In this document: piece after piece, positions 20,583-30,087 of the stretch
Position numbering within the stretch: the first letter of the stretch is position 1
Layout of the letters: every line of letters starts with the position of its first letter
Assembly: GCA_016933255.1 (NCBI GenBank)
Contig: JAFGBF010000008.1
Coordinates: forward strand, 7,772-71,771
Origin: Candidatus Krumholzibacteriota bacterium
GTDB lineage: Bacteria > Krumholzibacteriota > Krumholzibacteriia > Krumholzibacteriales > Krumholzibacteriaceae
Reading direction: 5' to 3'
DNA: 64,000 bases
Position numbers and translations under genes: made by a program
The notes under the pieces: generated by a model
The model's input: the letters and a program-made list of their open reading frames with translations, nothing else
What the model was told of the DNA's origin: nothing
Database searches by the model: none

Positions 20583-21179
20583 TTGGCAGTAAAAATCAGA
20601 TTGAAGAAGATGGGTGCAAAGAAACACCCCTTCTACCGCATAGTTGCCGCGGATGCGAGGGCTCCTCGTGACGGCCGATTTATTGAGATACTCGGGTTCT
20701 ATGATCCGATGACAGATCCGGCGAATATCAAGATCGATGAGGATAAACTGTATAAATGGCTTGATAACGGCGCTATCCCGACTGAAAATATGGCGAGTGT
20801 GTTGAAAAAAGAAGGGTTGCTCGAAAAATGGCAGCTTCTCAAGTCAGGGGTGAAGGTCTCGGAAATCGACTCTGTAATCGAGGCTAGAAGGGAAAAACAG
20901 CCCAAGGCAGAGGAGAAGAAGAGCACGAAGGTCTCGAAGAAGGCTCTTGCTGCTGCGGCAAAAGGGGCAGAGGAAAAATTAAAAGCTGAAGCTGCAGCAA
21001 AGGCCGAGAAAGAGGCGAAAGCTAAAGAAGAGGCGGCAAAGGAGCTGGAAACTGCGGCCGAAGAGACCGGATCTGAAATAGCGGCGTCAAAGGACGAAAA
21101 GGCATTGTCCGCCGGGAACGAGGATTCTTCTCCCGAAGTTGCGGGAGATGCTGAAGCAGAAGATACTCCGAAGGAGTAG
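20583..21179 (+). CDS. rpsP: 30S ribosomal protein S16 with a long Ala/Lys/Glu-rich C-terminal extension
   Basis: TTG start after GGAGG. '[24 protein letters not shown]' is S16. Residues about 85-198 are a low-complexity (A/K/E)n tail. Confidence 0.85.
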   Translation: MAVKIRLKKMGAKKHPFYRIVAADARAPRDGRFIEILGFYDPMTDPANIKIDEDKLYKWLDNGAIPTENMASVLKKEGLLEKWQLLKSGVKVSEIDSVIEARREKQPKAEEKKSTKVSKKALAAAAKGAEEKLKAEAAAKAEKEAKAKEEAAKELETAAEETGSEIAASKDEKALSAGNEDSSPEVAGDAEAEDTPKE

Positions 21180-21280
21180 ATCGGAAAGCCGTATAACATT
21201 TCTAATATTATCGGGAGATAAATTGAAAAGGTGATCTTTCGATACGGGACCTTCCGGTCCTCGGAGGGAGTCAGGGATAG

Positions 21281-21526
21281 ATGAATATTGAACCTATAAA
21301 GACGATGGTACATAAGATATGCGAGATGCTTGTCGACAACCCTGAAGCTATAAGGATATTCGAGGAGACTCGAGATGATACTACTATAGTAGTACTGTCA
21401 GTCGATAAATCTGACGTGGGAAAAGTGATTGGCAGGAACGGTCAGACTGCCAAGGCTCTCCGCGCTCTGGTCAATGCGGCTGCCACCCGTATGGGTGACA
21501 GGGTGCTTCTCGAGATCAGGGAATGA
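21281..21526 (+). CDS. KH-domain RNA-binding protein (YlqC/UPF0109 family)
   Basis: 81 aa with 'VGKVIGRNGQTAKALRALV' (KH GxxG). Sits between rpsP and rimM as in Firmicutes. Confidence 0.8.
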   Translation: MNIEPIKTMVHKICEMLVDNPEAIRIFEETRDDTTIVVLSVDKSDVGKVIGRNGQTAKALRALVNAAATRMGDRVLLEIRE

Positions 21527-21533
21527 GCGTAAG

Positions 21534-22058
21534 ATGCAGCCGGCCAAAGTGTATCTTGGAGATATCGTAAATACTGTGGGACTTAAGGGAGAGGTGAAAC
21601 TTCTTCCAAGCCGTGATTTCTGGGCGGAGGTCCTTGATGCCGGTGGACTCGATCTTGTTTCACAGGCTGGAATCCGCAGGACCGTTCGTATCGAAAAATA
21701 CAGGGAAAAGAGGAATGTCTTTGTCCTGAAGTTTTTCGGTATCGAAGATATAGACCAGGCGCAGTCGATCGTGGGAAACACCCTTGAGGTCTTGCTTGAG
21801 TCTCTGGATGGTCAGTTGTTGCCCAAAGAACTCAGGCTTTTTCAGGTGGCGGGAGCTGAAGTATTTCAGAAAGACGGAACCTTTGCAGGCAAGGTCGTTG
21901 ACATACTTGACGGGACTCAGCAGGATTGTCTGGTCGTGGAAAAAGAGGGGGAACGATACCTGGTTCCGATTGTGCCGGAAGTCGTATGCTCGATAGACCT
22001 TGATAGATCCGTAATAGAGATCGATCCCCCTGAAGGATTGCTCGATCTGAGATGGTAG
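21534..22058 (+). CDS. rimM: Ribosome maturation factor RimM
   Basis: ORF track 21429..22058 overlaps the KH gene. The in-frame ATG 21534 lies just after the KH stop. 'KVYLGDIVNTVGLKGEVKLL' is the RimM N-terminus, and a PRC barrel follows. Confidence 0.8.
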   Translation: MQPAKVYLGDIVNTVGLKGEVKLLPSRDFWAEVLDAGGLDLVSQAGIRRTVRIEKYREKRNVFVLKFFGIEDIDQAQSIVGNTLEVLLESLDGQLLPKELRLFQVAGAEVFQKDGTFAGKVVDILDGTQQDCLVVEKEGERYLVPIVPEVVCSIDLDRSVIEIDPPEGLLDLRW

Positions 22059-22070
22059 AAGGGATAAGGG

Positions 22071-22766
22071 ATGGATTTCTATTTTATAACGATCTTTCCC
22101 GAGCTCTTTAGCGGTGTCCTGGAGACTGGTGTCCTGGGTATAGCCGCCAGGAAAGGAATTGCCAGGTATAATCTGGTGAATCTGAGAGATTTCGCGGTCG
22201 ACAGCCATAGATCTGTCGATGACTATCCGTACGGAGGCGGTCCGGGTATGGTAATGATGGCTCCTCCGATAGTTGAGGCCGTTGAATCGGTCAGAGGCGA
22301 GGATGAAAAAGGCAAGACTCCTGTCATCCTGCTTTCTCCCACAGGGAGGCGCTTTACCCAGTCTATGGCCAGCGAGCTGGCCTCGGAGGAGAAGATCGTC
22401 TTTATCTGCGGAAGATACAAAGGTGTCGACGAGAGAGTCAGGGAACTGGTCGTGACCGACACCGTATCGATCGGTGATTATGTGGTCAGCGGAGGAGAAT
22501 TGCCTTCTCTTGTAATTGCAGATTCGGTGGTAAGGCATTTCCCCGGTGTCCTTGGAGATGAACGGAGCAGGGATACTGATTCATTTGATATCGAGCGGGG
22601 AAAGTCGCTGGATTCGGCGTATTTTACAAGGCCGCCTGAATACAGGGGGATAAAGGTGCCCGAAGTGTTGATTTCCGGGGACCACGCCAGGATAGATGAA
22701 TGGAGAGAAAATTCGGCGCATGAGCGGACAAGGTCATTCAGGCCCGAACTTCTCGATGATGCCTGA
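22071..22766 (+). CDS. trmD: tRNA (guanine37-N1)-methyltransferase TrmD
   Basis: 'MDFYFITIFPELF', 'DDYPYGGGPGMVM' and 'ICGRYKGVDERV'. Confidence 0.9.
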   Translation: MDFYFITIFPELFSGVLETGVLGIAARKGIARYNLVNLRDFAVDSHRSVDDYPYGGGPGMVMMAPPIVEAVESVRGEDEKGKTPVILLSPTGRRFTQSMASELASEEKIVFICGRYKGVDERVRELVVTDTVSIGDYVVSGGELPSLVIADSVVRHFPGVLGDERSRDTDSFDIERGKSLDSAYFTRPPEYRGIKVPEVLISGDHARIDEWRENSAHERTRSFRPELLDDA

Positions 22767-22874
22767 AAAGGATGTTATTGTTGGGAAGCCGGCATATAAT
22801 TGCCGGCATGCCGGGCAGGACCCGGGCGTAAAATAGGAATTGAAGCAGATCTAAAAGAATGAAAGGCAGGAAAT

Positions 22875-23228
22875 ATGGATATTATCGATCAGATCTCGGC
22901 AAGGCAGATGAAAACCTCTGTCGCAGAGTTCAGCGTTGGTGATACTGTGCGTATCGATGTAAAGGTCGTAGAAGGAAAAAGAGAAAGAATACAGGCGTTC
23001 CAGGGAACGGTCATCCAGCGTAAAGGCAGGGGCATAGGAGAGACATTTACTGTGCGTAAGACCAGCCAGGGTGTCGGCGTGGAACGTGTATTCCCTCTGC
23101 ATTCACCAAACCTTGCCGGCATAAAGGTGCTGCGAAGGGGAAAAGTGCGGAGAGCAAAACTCTATTATCTTCGTGACCTGAAGGGAAAAGCAGCAAGGAT
23201 CACCGAGAAAAAAGACAGAGGAAGATAA
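22875..23228 (+). CDS. rplS: 50S ribosomal protein L19
   Basis: '[25 protein letters not shown]' is the L19 signature. Confidence 0.9.
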   Translation: MDIIDQISARQMKTSVAEFSVGDTVRIDVKVVEGKRERIQAFQGTVIQRKGRGIGETFTVRKTSQGVGVERVFPLHSPNLAGIKVLRRGKVRRAKLYYLRDLKGKAARITEKKDRGR

Positions 23229-23854
23229 TGAACCGGTCGGCCCGTGCCTCTTTTGAGGATCTTGCGGTGTTCGATGAAAGAAAGAAAAAGCCTCCTGTCC
23301 GGTTTCTTGCAGGAGTCGATGAGGCCGGAAGGGGAGCGCTCGCGGGTCCCGTCGTCGCTGCGGCCGTTATTTGCGATCCATGCAGTGAACTTTCACTGGT
23401 GCGCGATAGCAAGTTACTATCGGAAAAGATCCGCGAGGAGCTCTTCGGGGTGATCATGTCGAAGAGTATCGGGGTCTCGGTCGGGATCATAGGGCCGGCC
23501 GTGATAGACCGCATCAACATCCTCCAGGCCACTCTGAAGGCTATGCGCAAGGCTGTTGAGGGTCTTCCAGTGACTCCGTGCCATGTGATAATAGATGGAT
23601 GCCAGATTCCGCGGATAAACTGCAGTGCTGAGGCGATTACCGGAGCTGATAACAAGAGTTTTTCTGTCGCGGCTGCTTCTATAGTTGCTAAAGTGACCAG
23701 AGACAGGATCTTACGGGAGAATGAATTTGAGTTTCCAGGGTATGGATTTACCAGGAACAAGGGGTATGGTACGCAGGAGCATCTCGGCGCAATAGCAGAG
23801 AGAGGAAGGACGGCGATACACAGGAGGAGTTTCAGGATTAAAACGGATCTGTGA
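23228..23854 (+). CDS. rnhB: Ribonuclease HII
   Basis: The start overlaps the rplS stop (TAATG). The 'GVDEAGRGALAGPVVAAAV' active-site motif is present. Confidence 0.9.
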   Translation: MNRSARASFEDLAVFDERKKKPPVRFLAGVDEAGRGALAGPVVAAAVICDPCSELSLVRDSKLLSEKIREELFGVIMSKSIGVSVGIIGPAVIDRINILQATLKAMRKAVEGLPVTPCHVIIDGCQIPRINCSAEAITGADNKSFSVAAASIVAKVTRDRILRENEFEFPGYGFTRNKGYGTQEHLGAIAERGRTAIHRRSFRIKTDL

Positions 23855-24234
23855 AGGGAGTGGTGGAAGTGAATGTGAACCAGGTCTGTGGGGCTTCCGG
23901 GGAGAGGATAGCGGGAGAGTATCTCAAACTTGTCGGCTACAGGCTCCTTGACAGGAATTACAGGACAGGGCATCTTGAGATCGATATAGTCGCTTCCGAC
24001 AGAGGCTGTCTGGTCTTTGTCGAAGTGAAGACCAGGAAAAGTGACAGATTCGGCGACGCTTTCGATGCTGTAAAGAGAGATAAAATATCAAATATCCGCA
24101 AAGCGGCTTACAGTTATCTGTCAAACAAGAGAGACAATGTTATTTTTAATGAGATCCGGATCGATCTGATCGCGATAGATATATCGGCTTGCAGAGGGGA
24201 GATGCTTCTAAGGCACTTGAAAGGGGTCTCGTAG
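23851..24234 (+). CDS. yraN: YraN family (UPF0102) predicted endonuclease
   Basis: 'GERIAGEYLKLVGYRLLDRNYR...EIDIVA..LVFVEVKTR' is the UPF0102 pattern. GTG 23869 is a possible alternative start. Confidence 0.8.
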   Translation: MKGVVEVNVNQVCGASGERIAGEYLKLVGYRLLDRNYRTGHLEIDIVASDRGCLVFVEVKTRKSDRFGDAFDAVKRDKISNIRKAAYSYLSNKRDNVIFNEIRIDLIAIDISACRGEMLLRHLKGVS

Positions 24235-24310
24235 AAAAACACTTGATTTGACCTGGGTTTAAATCTATTTTACTGATACGTTAGAATTTGGTTTCTAAGG
24301 AGGGTTAAGG

Positions 24311-24943
24311 GTGTCAGACACGAAAAGATACGTCTCTCTGGCTTTGCTGTTCGTCCTGGTCTTTGCCGGTTGTAAGGTGGTCGATACGCAGAAAAAGGAC
24401 CTTGCGCTGCAGGAAATGGATGCACTCGAAGAGAAGTATGTCGGGAAAAAAGCGTGGACAAGGTCCCTGCTTGTCAATATTGAGACAGATAAAAGAGTAG
24501 ATCAGCAATCGATAACGATCATAGACAGGGATGTCGAGGTAAAGGTCCTAGATCTTGATATGCACTGGAACGGTGCTGTCACAGTAAAGGGACCGGACAG
24601 AAAAGTCGTAAGACACGCCCTTAATGTTGAAAGGCCGATGACGATCGAGTCTTATGAGGAAGCCTTGAGCAGGGCTCTCTGGTTTAAGAAACCGGAATAC
24701 CGCTATAGGATGAATCTCAGGAAGTACGGGAAAAAGATGGCGAAGGCTATCGCAAATCATGAGTTGTTCAAGGGGATGGATATGGGGGCAGCTCTCGAGT
24801 CCTGGGGATACCCGAACGACAGGAACCAGAACGAGATCGGCGGTATTATGCAGGAACAGTGGATATATAAAGATCCCCGCGACAGGACGAAAAAACGTTT
24901 CATATACTTGAAGGATGGACTGGTGGACAGCTGGGACGAATAA
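24311..24943 (+). CDS. Lipoprotein with C-terminal SmpA/OmlA (BamE-like) domain
   Basis: GTG start after AAGGAGG. Lipobox LVFAGC. The C-terminus 'FKGMDMGAALESWGYPND...EQWIYKD...RFIYLKDGLVDSW' follows the BamE-fold consensus (GMT..V..LG.P...W.Y....F.F..G.L..W). Confidence 0.5.
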   Translation: MSDTKRYVSLALLFVLVFAGCKVVDTQKKDLALQEMDALEEKYVGKKAWTRSLLVNIETDKRVDQQSITIIDRDVEVKVLDLDMHWNGAVTVKGPDRKVVRHALNVERPMTIESYEEALSRALWFKKPEYRYRMNLRKYGKKMAKAIANHELFKGMDMGAALESWGYPNDRNQNEIGGIMQEQWIYKDPRDRTKKRFIYLKDGLVDSWDE

Positions 24944-24979
24944 CTGCGGGAGAAGACAGACTCCCCTTAAAAGAAAAAC

Positions 24980-25018
24980 GCCCTTCCCGGACCATGGTCA
25001 GGGGAGGGCTTTTTATTT
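24980..25018 (+). terminator. Rho-independent terminator after the BamE-like lipoprotein gene
   Basis: GC-rich stem of about 12 bp (GCCCTTCCCGGA / TCAGGGGAGGGC, one mismatch and one GU pair) followed by TTTTTATTT. Confidence 0.8.
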
Positions 25019-25289
25019 GAAAGAAAGCCCCCGTTGCAACCGTGGATGTGAACGCCTCTGGAGCAAACTCTGTAAGAGCCGAGCCCGCGGATTTTTTCCA
25101 AAAACATTCGCTTCACCAATCTAACAGGAGCTTTCCCTTTTATTATATACCTAATCACCATCCGTGTCAATGATATGAGTCAGATTATACCTGTATGATG
25201 ACGTATATATCTTATAACATTCATACTTAGACGTTCATATGATCCAGCGGCATCGGCTGGATTCAGCGCTCGACCGATTTTCTTATGAG

Positions 25290-26999
25290 CTAATTTCTTT
25301 TAAACAGCGAGTTTCTGAACCTCTTGTGATCCCTGGAAAAATATTCATCTGCAAGTTTCTTGACGACTCCTGATAGAACTGCGATCGCTATCAGGTTGGG
25401 AATAGCCATAAGGCCCAAAGCGGCATCTCCGAATCCCCAGACGATCTCGAGAGAGAAGACCGCCCCCACGAACTGCATGACGCAGAATACTATCCGGTAC
25501 GGCATTATCGCGGCAGGCCCGAACAGGTATTCGATACTTCTGTCGCCGTAGTACGACCAGGAGATAGCCGTCGAAAGGGCGAAAAGAAAGACCGCGATCG
25601 TAACAATATAGTTACCCCAGTTGCCGAGAGGCGAGAGGCCGCTTCCGAAGGCCCAGGCAGTCAGCGGTGAACCATTTTGAAGAAAGAATCCCTGGAGCTG
25701 CATATCCGGGGAAGAGACTGAAGCTCCGTAGCGGTCCCTGAAACTGACAGACCCTTCGTCATCGATTTGCAGTGTTCCGGTAAAAGGACCGTCTGAGTAC
25801 AGGAGAAGAGGAGAGTCGACGATACTGTGATTTCTGACAAAACGCAGCCCGGAGACCTCTCCTATAGAAACGGGAAAGTCTGCATCTGCAAGTTCTTCGC
25901 CGCTTATATCTCCGTTCTGTCCGACCTCATCTGCCGGACCGATGATATGGATCTCCGACTGTTTATCGAACGGGACAGATTCAAATCTTTTTTCCTTCCA
26001 TACGCCGACAGTAATGATTACAAGGCCTGTGAGAGTGCATATCAGAAGAGTGTCTATATAAGGGCCGACCATAGCCACAAGGCCTTCACGGACCGGTTCG
26101 TCGGTCCTGGCTGCCGCGTGCGCTATCGGGGCGCTGCCCTGGCCGGCTTCATTTGAAAATATTCCTCTTCTTACCCCCCACAGCAGCATGAACATGAATG
26201 AAGAACCGACAAACCCTCCGGCTCCAGCCCTGGCGGTGAAGGCATCGGCGAATATCGTCCCTATCGCCCCGGGAAGTTTTGGTGCATGTAAAAGAAGGAC
26301 TGTAATCGCGCCCAGGAAATATATTATGGACATTATCGGGACGAGCTTGCTTGTGACCTTCCCGATCCTCTTGATCCCTCCAATTATTACCATCGCGACC
26401 AGTGTGGCAAGGACGATCCCGGTGATCCAGGTAGGAATACTGAATTCGCTTTTAAAGGAATCGGCTACAGTGAAAGCCTGAACCGCGTTTCCGCTCCCAA
26501 AAGATGATATTACCGCACAGACGGCAAAGATGACGGCAAGGAATTTCCATCTGCTTCCCATCCCTTTTTCGATATAATACATCGGGCCGCCTGAGACCGA
26601 ATCATCTTCGTGGACGCGTCTGAAATGAGTACTGAGAGTACACTCGACAAACTTTGACGCAGTGCCGAGGATGGCAGTGACCCACATCCAGAACATCGCC
26701 CCGGGTCCTCCGTAATGGATCGCGATAGCCACACCTGAAATATTGCCTATCCCGATCGTCGCCGAGAGGGCGGAGGTAAGGGCCTGGAAGTGGCTGATTT
26801 CGCCGGTGTCTTTGGGGTCATCATAGTACCCGGCGATCACGGCAAGGCTGTGCGGTACTTTTCTCAGTTGAACAAACCGCATCCTTATCGTAAGGAATAT
26901 TCCGACTCCGAGAAGAAGAACGATGAAATAGGGCATTGCTGCGGGGAATTCCCAGATGTACTTTACTGCGGTATCGATTACAAGCTTCAATGACTCCAT
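25290..26999 (-). CDS. Sodium:alanine (amino acid) symporter, AgcS family, with a ~130-aa loop insertion
   Basis: 569 aa. 'IGNISGVAIAIHYGGPGAMFWMW' and 'GIFSNEAGQGSAPIAHAAA' are AGCS motifs. An extra soluble segment lies between TM helices at about aa 322-455. The SD is GGGAG. Confidence 0.8.
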   Translation of the reverse strand: MESLKLVIDTAVKYIWEFPAAMPYFIVLLLGVGIFLTIRMRFVQLRKVPHSLAVIAGYYDDPKDTGEISHFQALTSALSATIGIGNISGVAIAIHYGGPGAMFWMWVTAILGTASKFVECTLSTHFRRVHEDDSVSGGPMYYIEKGMGSRWKFLAVIFAVCAVISSFGSGNAVQAFTVADSFKSEFSIPTWITGIVLATLVAMVIIGGIKRIGKVTSKLVPIMSIIYFLGAITVLLLHAPKLPGAIGTIFADAFTARAGAGGFVGSSFMFMLLWGVRRGIFSNEAGQGSAPIAHAAARTDEPVREGLVAMVGPYIDTLLICTLTGLVIITVGVWKEKRFESVPFDKQSEIHIIGPADEVGQNGDISGEELADADFPVSIGEVSGLRFVRNHSIVDSPLLLYSDGPFTGTLQIDDEGSVSFRDRYGASVSSPDMQLQGFFLQNGSPLTAWAFGSGLSPLGNWGNYIVTIAVFLFALSTAISWSYYGDRSIEYLFGPAAIMPYRIVFCVMQFVGAVFSLEIVWGFGDAALGLMAIPNLIAIAVLSGVVKKLADEYFSRDHKRFRNSLFKRN

Positions 27000-27050
27000 T
27001 TGTTACTCCCGTTGATTGAGGAAGCTGCATTCAGGTAATAATCGATGCTT

Positions 27051-28397
27051 TCAAACTCCGGCTTTGAAAATAAAAAAGAGTACTATCAGTATAACTACCG
27101 GGCAGAAAAATCTGAGAAGAAAAAAGAGCACCGGTGCGATACGATCAAATCCTGGAAACCCCTCGCGAAGTTCCTTCGAGGAGATTTCTTTTTTCCATAC
27201 CCAGCCTGTAAAAATAGCGATGAAGACAGCCCCGATCCCCAGCATGATATTTCCGAACAGCCAGTCCATGAATCCGAGAAAACTGGTACCCAGTCCCGGC
27301 AGTTTTGCCAGCCAGGGGACCATTCCCTCCTGGGAGAGAGCGGCAGGCAGTCCCAGCAGGAAGGTCACGGCGGCTACGATCCAGACAGCTTTGCGCCTCA
27401 ACCAGTGTTTTTCGTCGACCAGATATGATGTGACTACTTCGAGCAGCGAGATAGTGGAAGTGAGGGCCGCGATCGATAGAAGAATAAAGAAAAATGCACC
27501 TACTATCCTTCCCCCTGGTATAAGTCCGAAGATCCTGGGAAGGACCTTAAAGACCAGTCCGGGGCCTTCGTCAGGACTCATATTCATGGCAAAGATAGCC
27601 GGAAAGATCAGGAGGCCTGCCATAACGGCTATGAGTGTATCAAAGAAAGCGACATAACATCCTGAGGCTACAAGATTATCATCTTTTGACAGATAGCTTC
27701 CGTACGTTATCATCGCTCCCATACCAAGGCTCAGGGAAAAGAAAGCCTGGCCGAGCGCGGCGAGGACAGTACTTCCGGTCACTTTGCTGAAATCGGGTTT
27801 GAAATAAAAGGCCAGCCCCTCGCCGGCGCCTTTAAGTGTAATCGATCTTATGATAAGGATCACCAGCAGGACCATGAGAGTAGGCATAAGTATCCTTGCC
27901 CATCTCTCTATCCCGTTCTTGACACCGCCCTGGACGACAAGGACCGTTATTACTATGAATGCCAGAAAAAGAGGTATTGATACAAGAGGGTTCGACGTGA
28001 ACGCCTCATAAGAGGTGCTGTTGCCTGCCAGGGATTTTCCTATATATCCGACTGTATATCCCGCGAGGACAGAATAATATGAAAGGATGCATATTCCGGT
28101 CGTTACACCCATATATCCTATAAGTTTCCACGGACTGCCGGGGCGTATGACTTCGAATGCCCCGACCGGATCCCTGCGGCTGTGCCTGCCTATAGCAAGT
28201 TCGGCGATCATTATCGGCAGCCCGAGCAGGATGATGCAGATAAGATAAAGGACTAGAAATGCGCCGCCGCCGTTTTGGCCGGTAGTGTATGGGAATCTCC
28301 AGATATTCCCGAGTCCGATAGCCGAACCCGCCGCGGCGAGGATAAAACCGAATTTAGAACTCCAAAGGCCACGCGCCTCGACATCTTTTTCCAGCAT
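27051..28397 (-). CDS. Neurotransmitter:sodium symporter (NSS/SNF) family transporter
   Basis: 'FGFILAAAGSAIGLGNIWRFPY..GQNGGGAFL' is the NSS signature. 448 aa, about 12 TM. It sits 51 nt upstream of the AgcS gene on the same strand. Confidence 0.85.
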   Translation of the reverse strand: MLEKDVEARGLWSSKFGFILAAAGSAIGLGNIWRFPYTTGQNGGGAFLVLYLICIILLGLPIMIAELAIGRHSRRDPVGAFEVIRPGSPWKLIGYMGVTTGICILSYYSVLAGYTVGYIGKSLAGNSTSYEAFTSNPLVSIPLFLAFIVITVLVVQGGVKNGIERWARILMPTLMVLLVILIIRSITLKGAGEGLAFYFKPDFSKVTGSTVLAALGQAFFSLSLGMGAMITYGSYLSKDDNLVASGCYVAFFDTLIAVMAGLLIFPAIFAMNMSPDEGPGLVFKVLPRIFGLIPGGRIVGAFFFILLSIAALTSTISLLEVVTSYLVDEKHWLRRKAVWIVAAVTFLLGLPAALSQEGMVPWLAKLPGLGTSFLGFMDWLFGNIMLGIGAVFIAIFTGWVWKKEISSKELREGFPGFDRIAPVLFFLLRFFCPVVILIVLFFIFKAGV

Positions 28398-28559
28398 CGA
28401 CCTCGATTCCCCCTGATTGTATATCCTGTCAGTGTATTTCCGGATAACCTCAATTTAAAGAACAAGCTACCCTAAACAGCATTCTGCTGGCAAGGATTTT
28501 CCCCCGATCGATCAGCCGTTCAGCACCGCCTGCAGGAGAGTGGACGCAATATTCTGCGG

Positions 28560-29516
28560 CTAGGAGGTGTTGACGATTCTTTGTTTCATCCTTATTTCAG
28601 ACTGCGACATATACAGGCCGGTCAAAAGTATGATGCTTCCGATTATAAAAAAGCCGGTTATCTCCTCACCGAAAAAGAGATAGCCGGAAAGGGCGGCAAA
28701 GGGAGGATTGAGATAGATGAATGATGATACGGATGTTGCGGGCATATGGATCAGGGCAAAGTTCCAGATCCAGAAACCTGCCATCGTGCAGAGAAGGGTG
28801 AGGTGGGCGAGCGCGATCCAGTGCGAAGGAGCCATCGAGTCGACCTTCCCGAGGAACCTTTGATTGAAAAGAATAAGAAACGGCAGGGTACCGGCTATTG
28901 TAGAGAGAGATGTGATCGTAAATGCCGATCTCTTTCCCGCAAGGCTCTTTCCGATTATCGTGTAGATCGACCAGCAGAGAGGAGCAAGAGCTGCTATCAA
29001 AGCGTAGCGCAGATCAGCTCGAACTACGCCTTTCACTATTCCCATACCTATCTTGCCGTGGTTGACAACTATGTAAAGCCCGCCGAAAGCGATCAGTATT
29101 CCTGCGACAGTCTTCAATCCCACCTTCTCTTTAAGAAATATCAAAGCCAGAAATAGAGTGATGAGCGGAGAAAGGGTCGTGATCAGAGCGGCAGCTCCGG
29201 GTTTGATCTCCGCCTGCGCGACATAGAGAAAGAAGTTATATCCTGCTATGCCGGTTATCCCCATCATGATGATCTTGAGAAGCGAATTTTTGATAAGATC
29301 GATCGATTCCATCCTCCTTTTCCTGCTGACCGATAGATAGATTATGCTGAAAACCATAAATGGAAGAAATCTGGCCAGGATCAATTCGTCAGGAGTGAAG
29401 ATCTCCCTGAGATGTTTTATCGCCGTAAAAGCATTTGACCATATGATGAAAAGCAGCACCAGCATAGCTCTCAGCGCCGGAAGCGGAATCGATTTTTTCG
29501 TTGGATCATAAGGCAC
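28560..29516 (-). CDS. DMT superfamily (EamA-like) transporter
   Basis: 318 aa, 10 TM, with two EamA-like halves. Confidence 0.75.
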   Translation of the reverse strand: MPYDPTKKSIPLPALRAMLVLLFIIWSNAFTAIKHLREIFTPDELILARFLPFMVFSIIYLSVSRKRRMESIDLIKNSLLKIIMMGITGIAGYNFFLYVAQAEIKPGAAALITTLSPLITLFLALIFLKEKVGLKTVAGILIAFGGLYIVVNHGKIGMGIVKGVVRADLRYALIAALAPLCWSIYTIIGKSLAGKRSAFTITSLSTIAGTLPFLILFNQRFLGKVDSMAPSHWIALAHLTLLCTMAGFWIWNFALIHMPATSVSSFIYLNPPFAALSGYLFFGEEITGFFIIGSIILLTGLYMSQSEIRMKQRIVNTS

Positions 29517-29559
29517 TGCGGGGAACCTTTCGGAAGAAATGGAAATAACAAGCAGATAC

Positions 29560-29589
29560 TTGTAATCATAAGGCAGTCTATGGTATAAT
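29560..29589 (+). promoter_or_regulatory. Promoter with extended -10 (TTGTAA-18-TGGTATAAT) for the small secreted protein gene
   Basis: Consensus TATAAT with an upstream TG dinucleotide. In the divergent region shared with the EamA gene. Confidence 0.5.
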
Positions 29590-29644
29590 ATACCTATTCA
29601 AGATCCAAGGACAACATCTTTTGGATATACAACATGAAAGGGTG

Positions 29645-29977
29645 ATGGCGATGGTTAAACGTTTGATCCTGGTCTTGGTTCTGGTTTCTTTTCTGGCAGC
29701 GGCGGCGGAGGCAGTTCCGGTTTATCGGGGAAAAAGGGGGCGCAGCTGTCTGCGGCATTGCCTCCTCAGTTCCAGGCTTACCTCCGATAAATTGGCTACA
29801 TACGAGACTTATGGATATCCTGTCCACCGTATCCGTGTCAACGGATACGGCAGGGTCCTCGAACACTGGACCTATTATGAGATAGGACGGGAATTCATAT
29901 TTGACGAAGATTCGAAGCTGGTCAAGGTGAATAAATTTTGGCCTGAGGACAAAAGAGAGCGTTTTAACAGGCGCTAG
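29645..29977 (+). CDS. Small secreted protein of unknown function (about 90-aa mature form, CxxxC)
   Basis: ORF 29621..29977 (TTG). ATG 29645 or 29651 gives the signal peptide MAMVKRLILVLVLVSFLAAAAEA. A strong promoter lies upstream and a terminator downstream. Confidence 0.45.
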   Translation: MAMVKRLILVLVLVSFLAAAAEAVPVYRGKRGRSCLRHCLLSSRLTSDKLATYETYGYPVHRIRVNGYGRVLEHWTYYEIGREFIFDEDSKLVKVNKFWPEDKRERFNRR

Positions 29978-30087
29978 TTCTGCGCTGACCGGTATTGCGG
30001 GGAGAGTGAAGTGGTTTGATCACCTCACATTGGGGAAGTGCGTGCGCGAGGATAAAGGTTCCTGTGTTCGCCTTTTCCTATTTTCCC

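Noticed and set aside
20699-21313. 204-aa minus-strand ORF
   Set aside because: It is the mirror image of the low-complexity AKE-rich S16 tail (it translates to an S/A/F-rich repeat). It is an artefact.
21660-22538. 292-aa minus-strand ORF
   Set aside because: It overlaps rimM and trmD, which have strong family signatures, and has no SD or protein-like features. It is a shadow ORF.
24944-25289. 346-nt ORF-free AT-rich region with two short ORF-track entries (24915..25124 and 24967..25170)
   Set aside because: The short ORFs overlap a strong intrinsic terminator and are GC-skewed artefacts. No RNA gene motif (tRNA T-loop or similar) was recognisable, so it is treated as a convergent-gene spacer.
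27016-27657. 213-aa plus-strand ORF
   Set aside because: It lies antisense to the NSS transporter gene and is a proline/serine-rich translation typical of a GC-rich shadow frame.
28398-28559. Possible glycine or amino-acid riboswitch in the 162-nt leader of the NSS-AgcS operon
   Set aside because: Glycine riboswitches often precede sodium:alanine symporters. I read the minus-strand leader and found no GGAGAG/CUCUGGAGAG/ACCGAAGGGGCAA-type conserved blocks, only a short weak hairpin.
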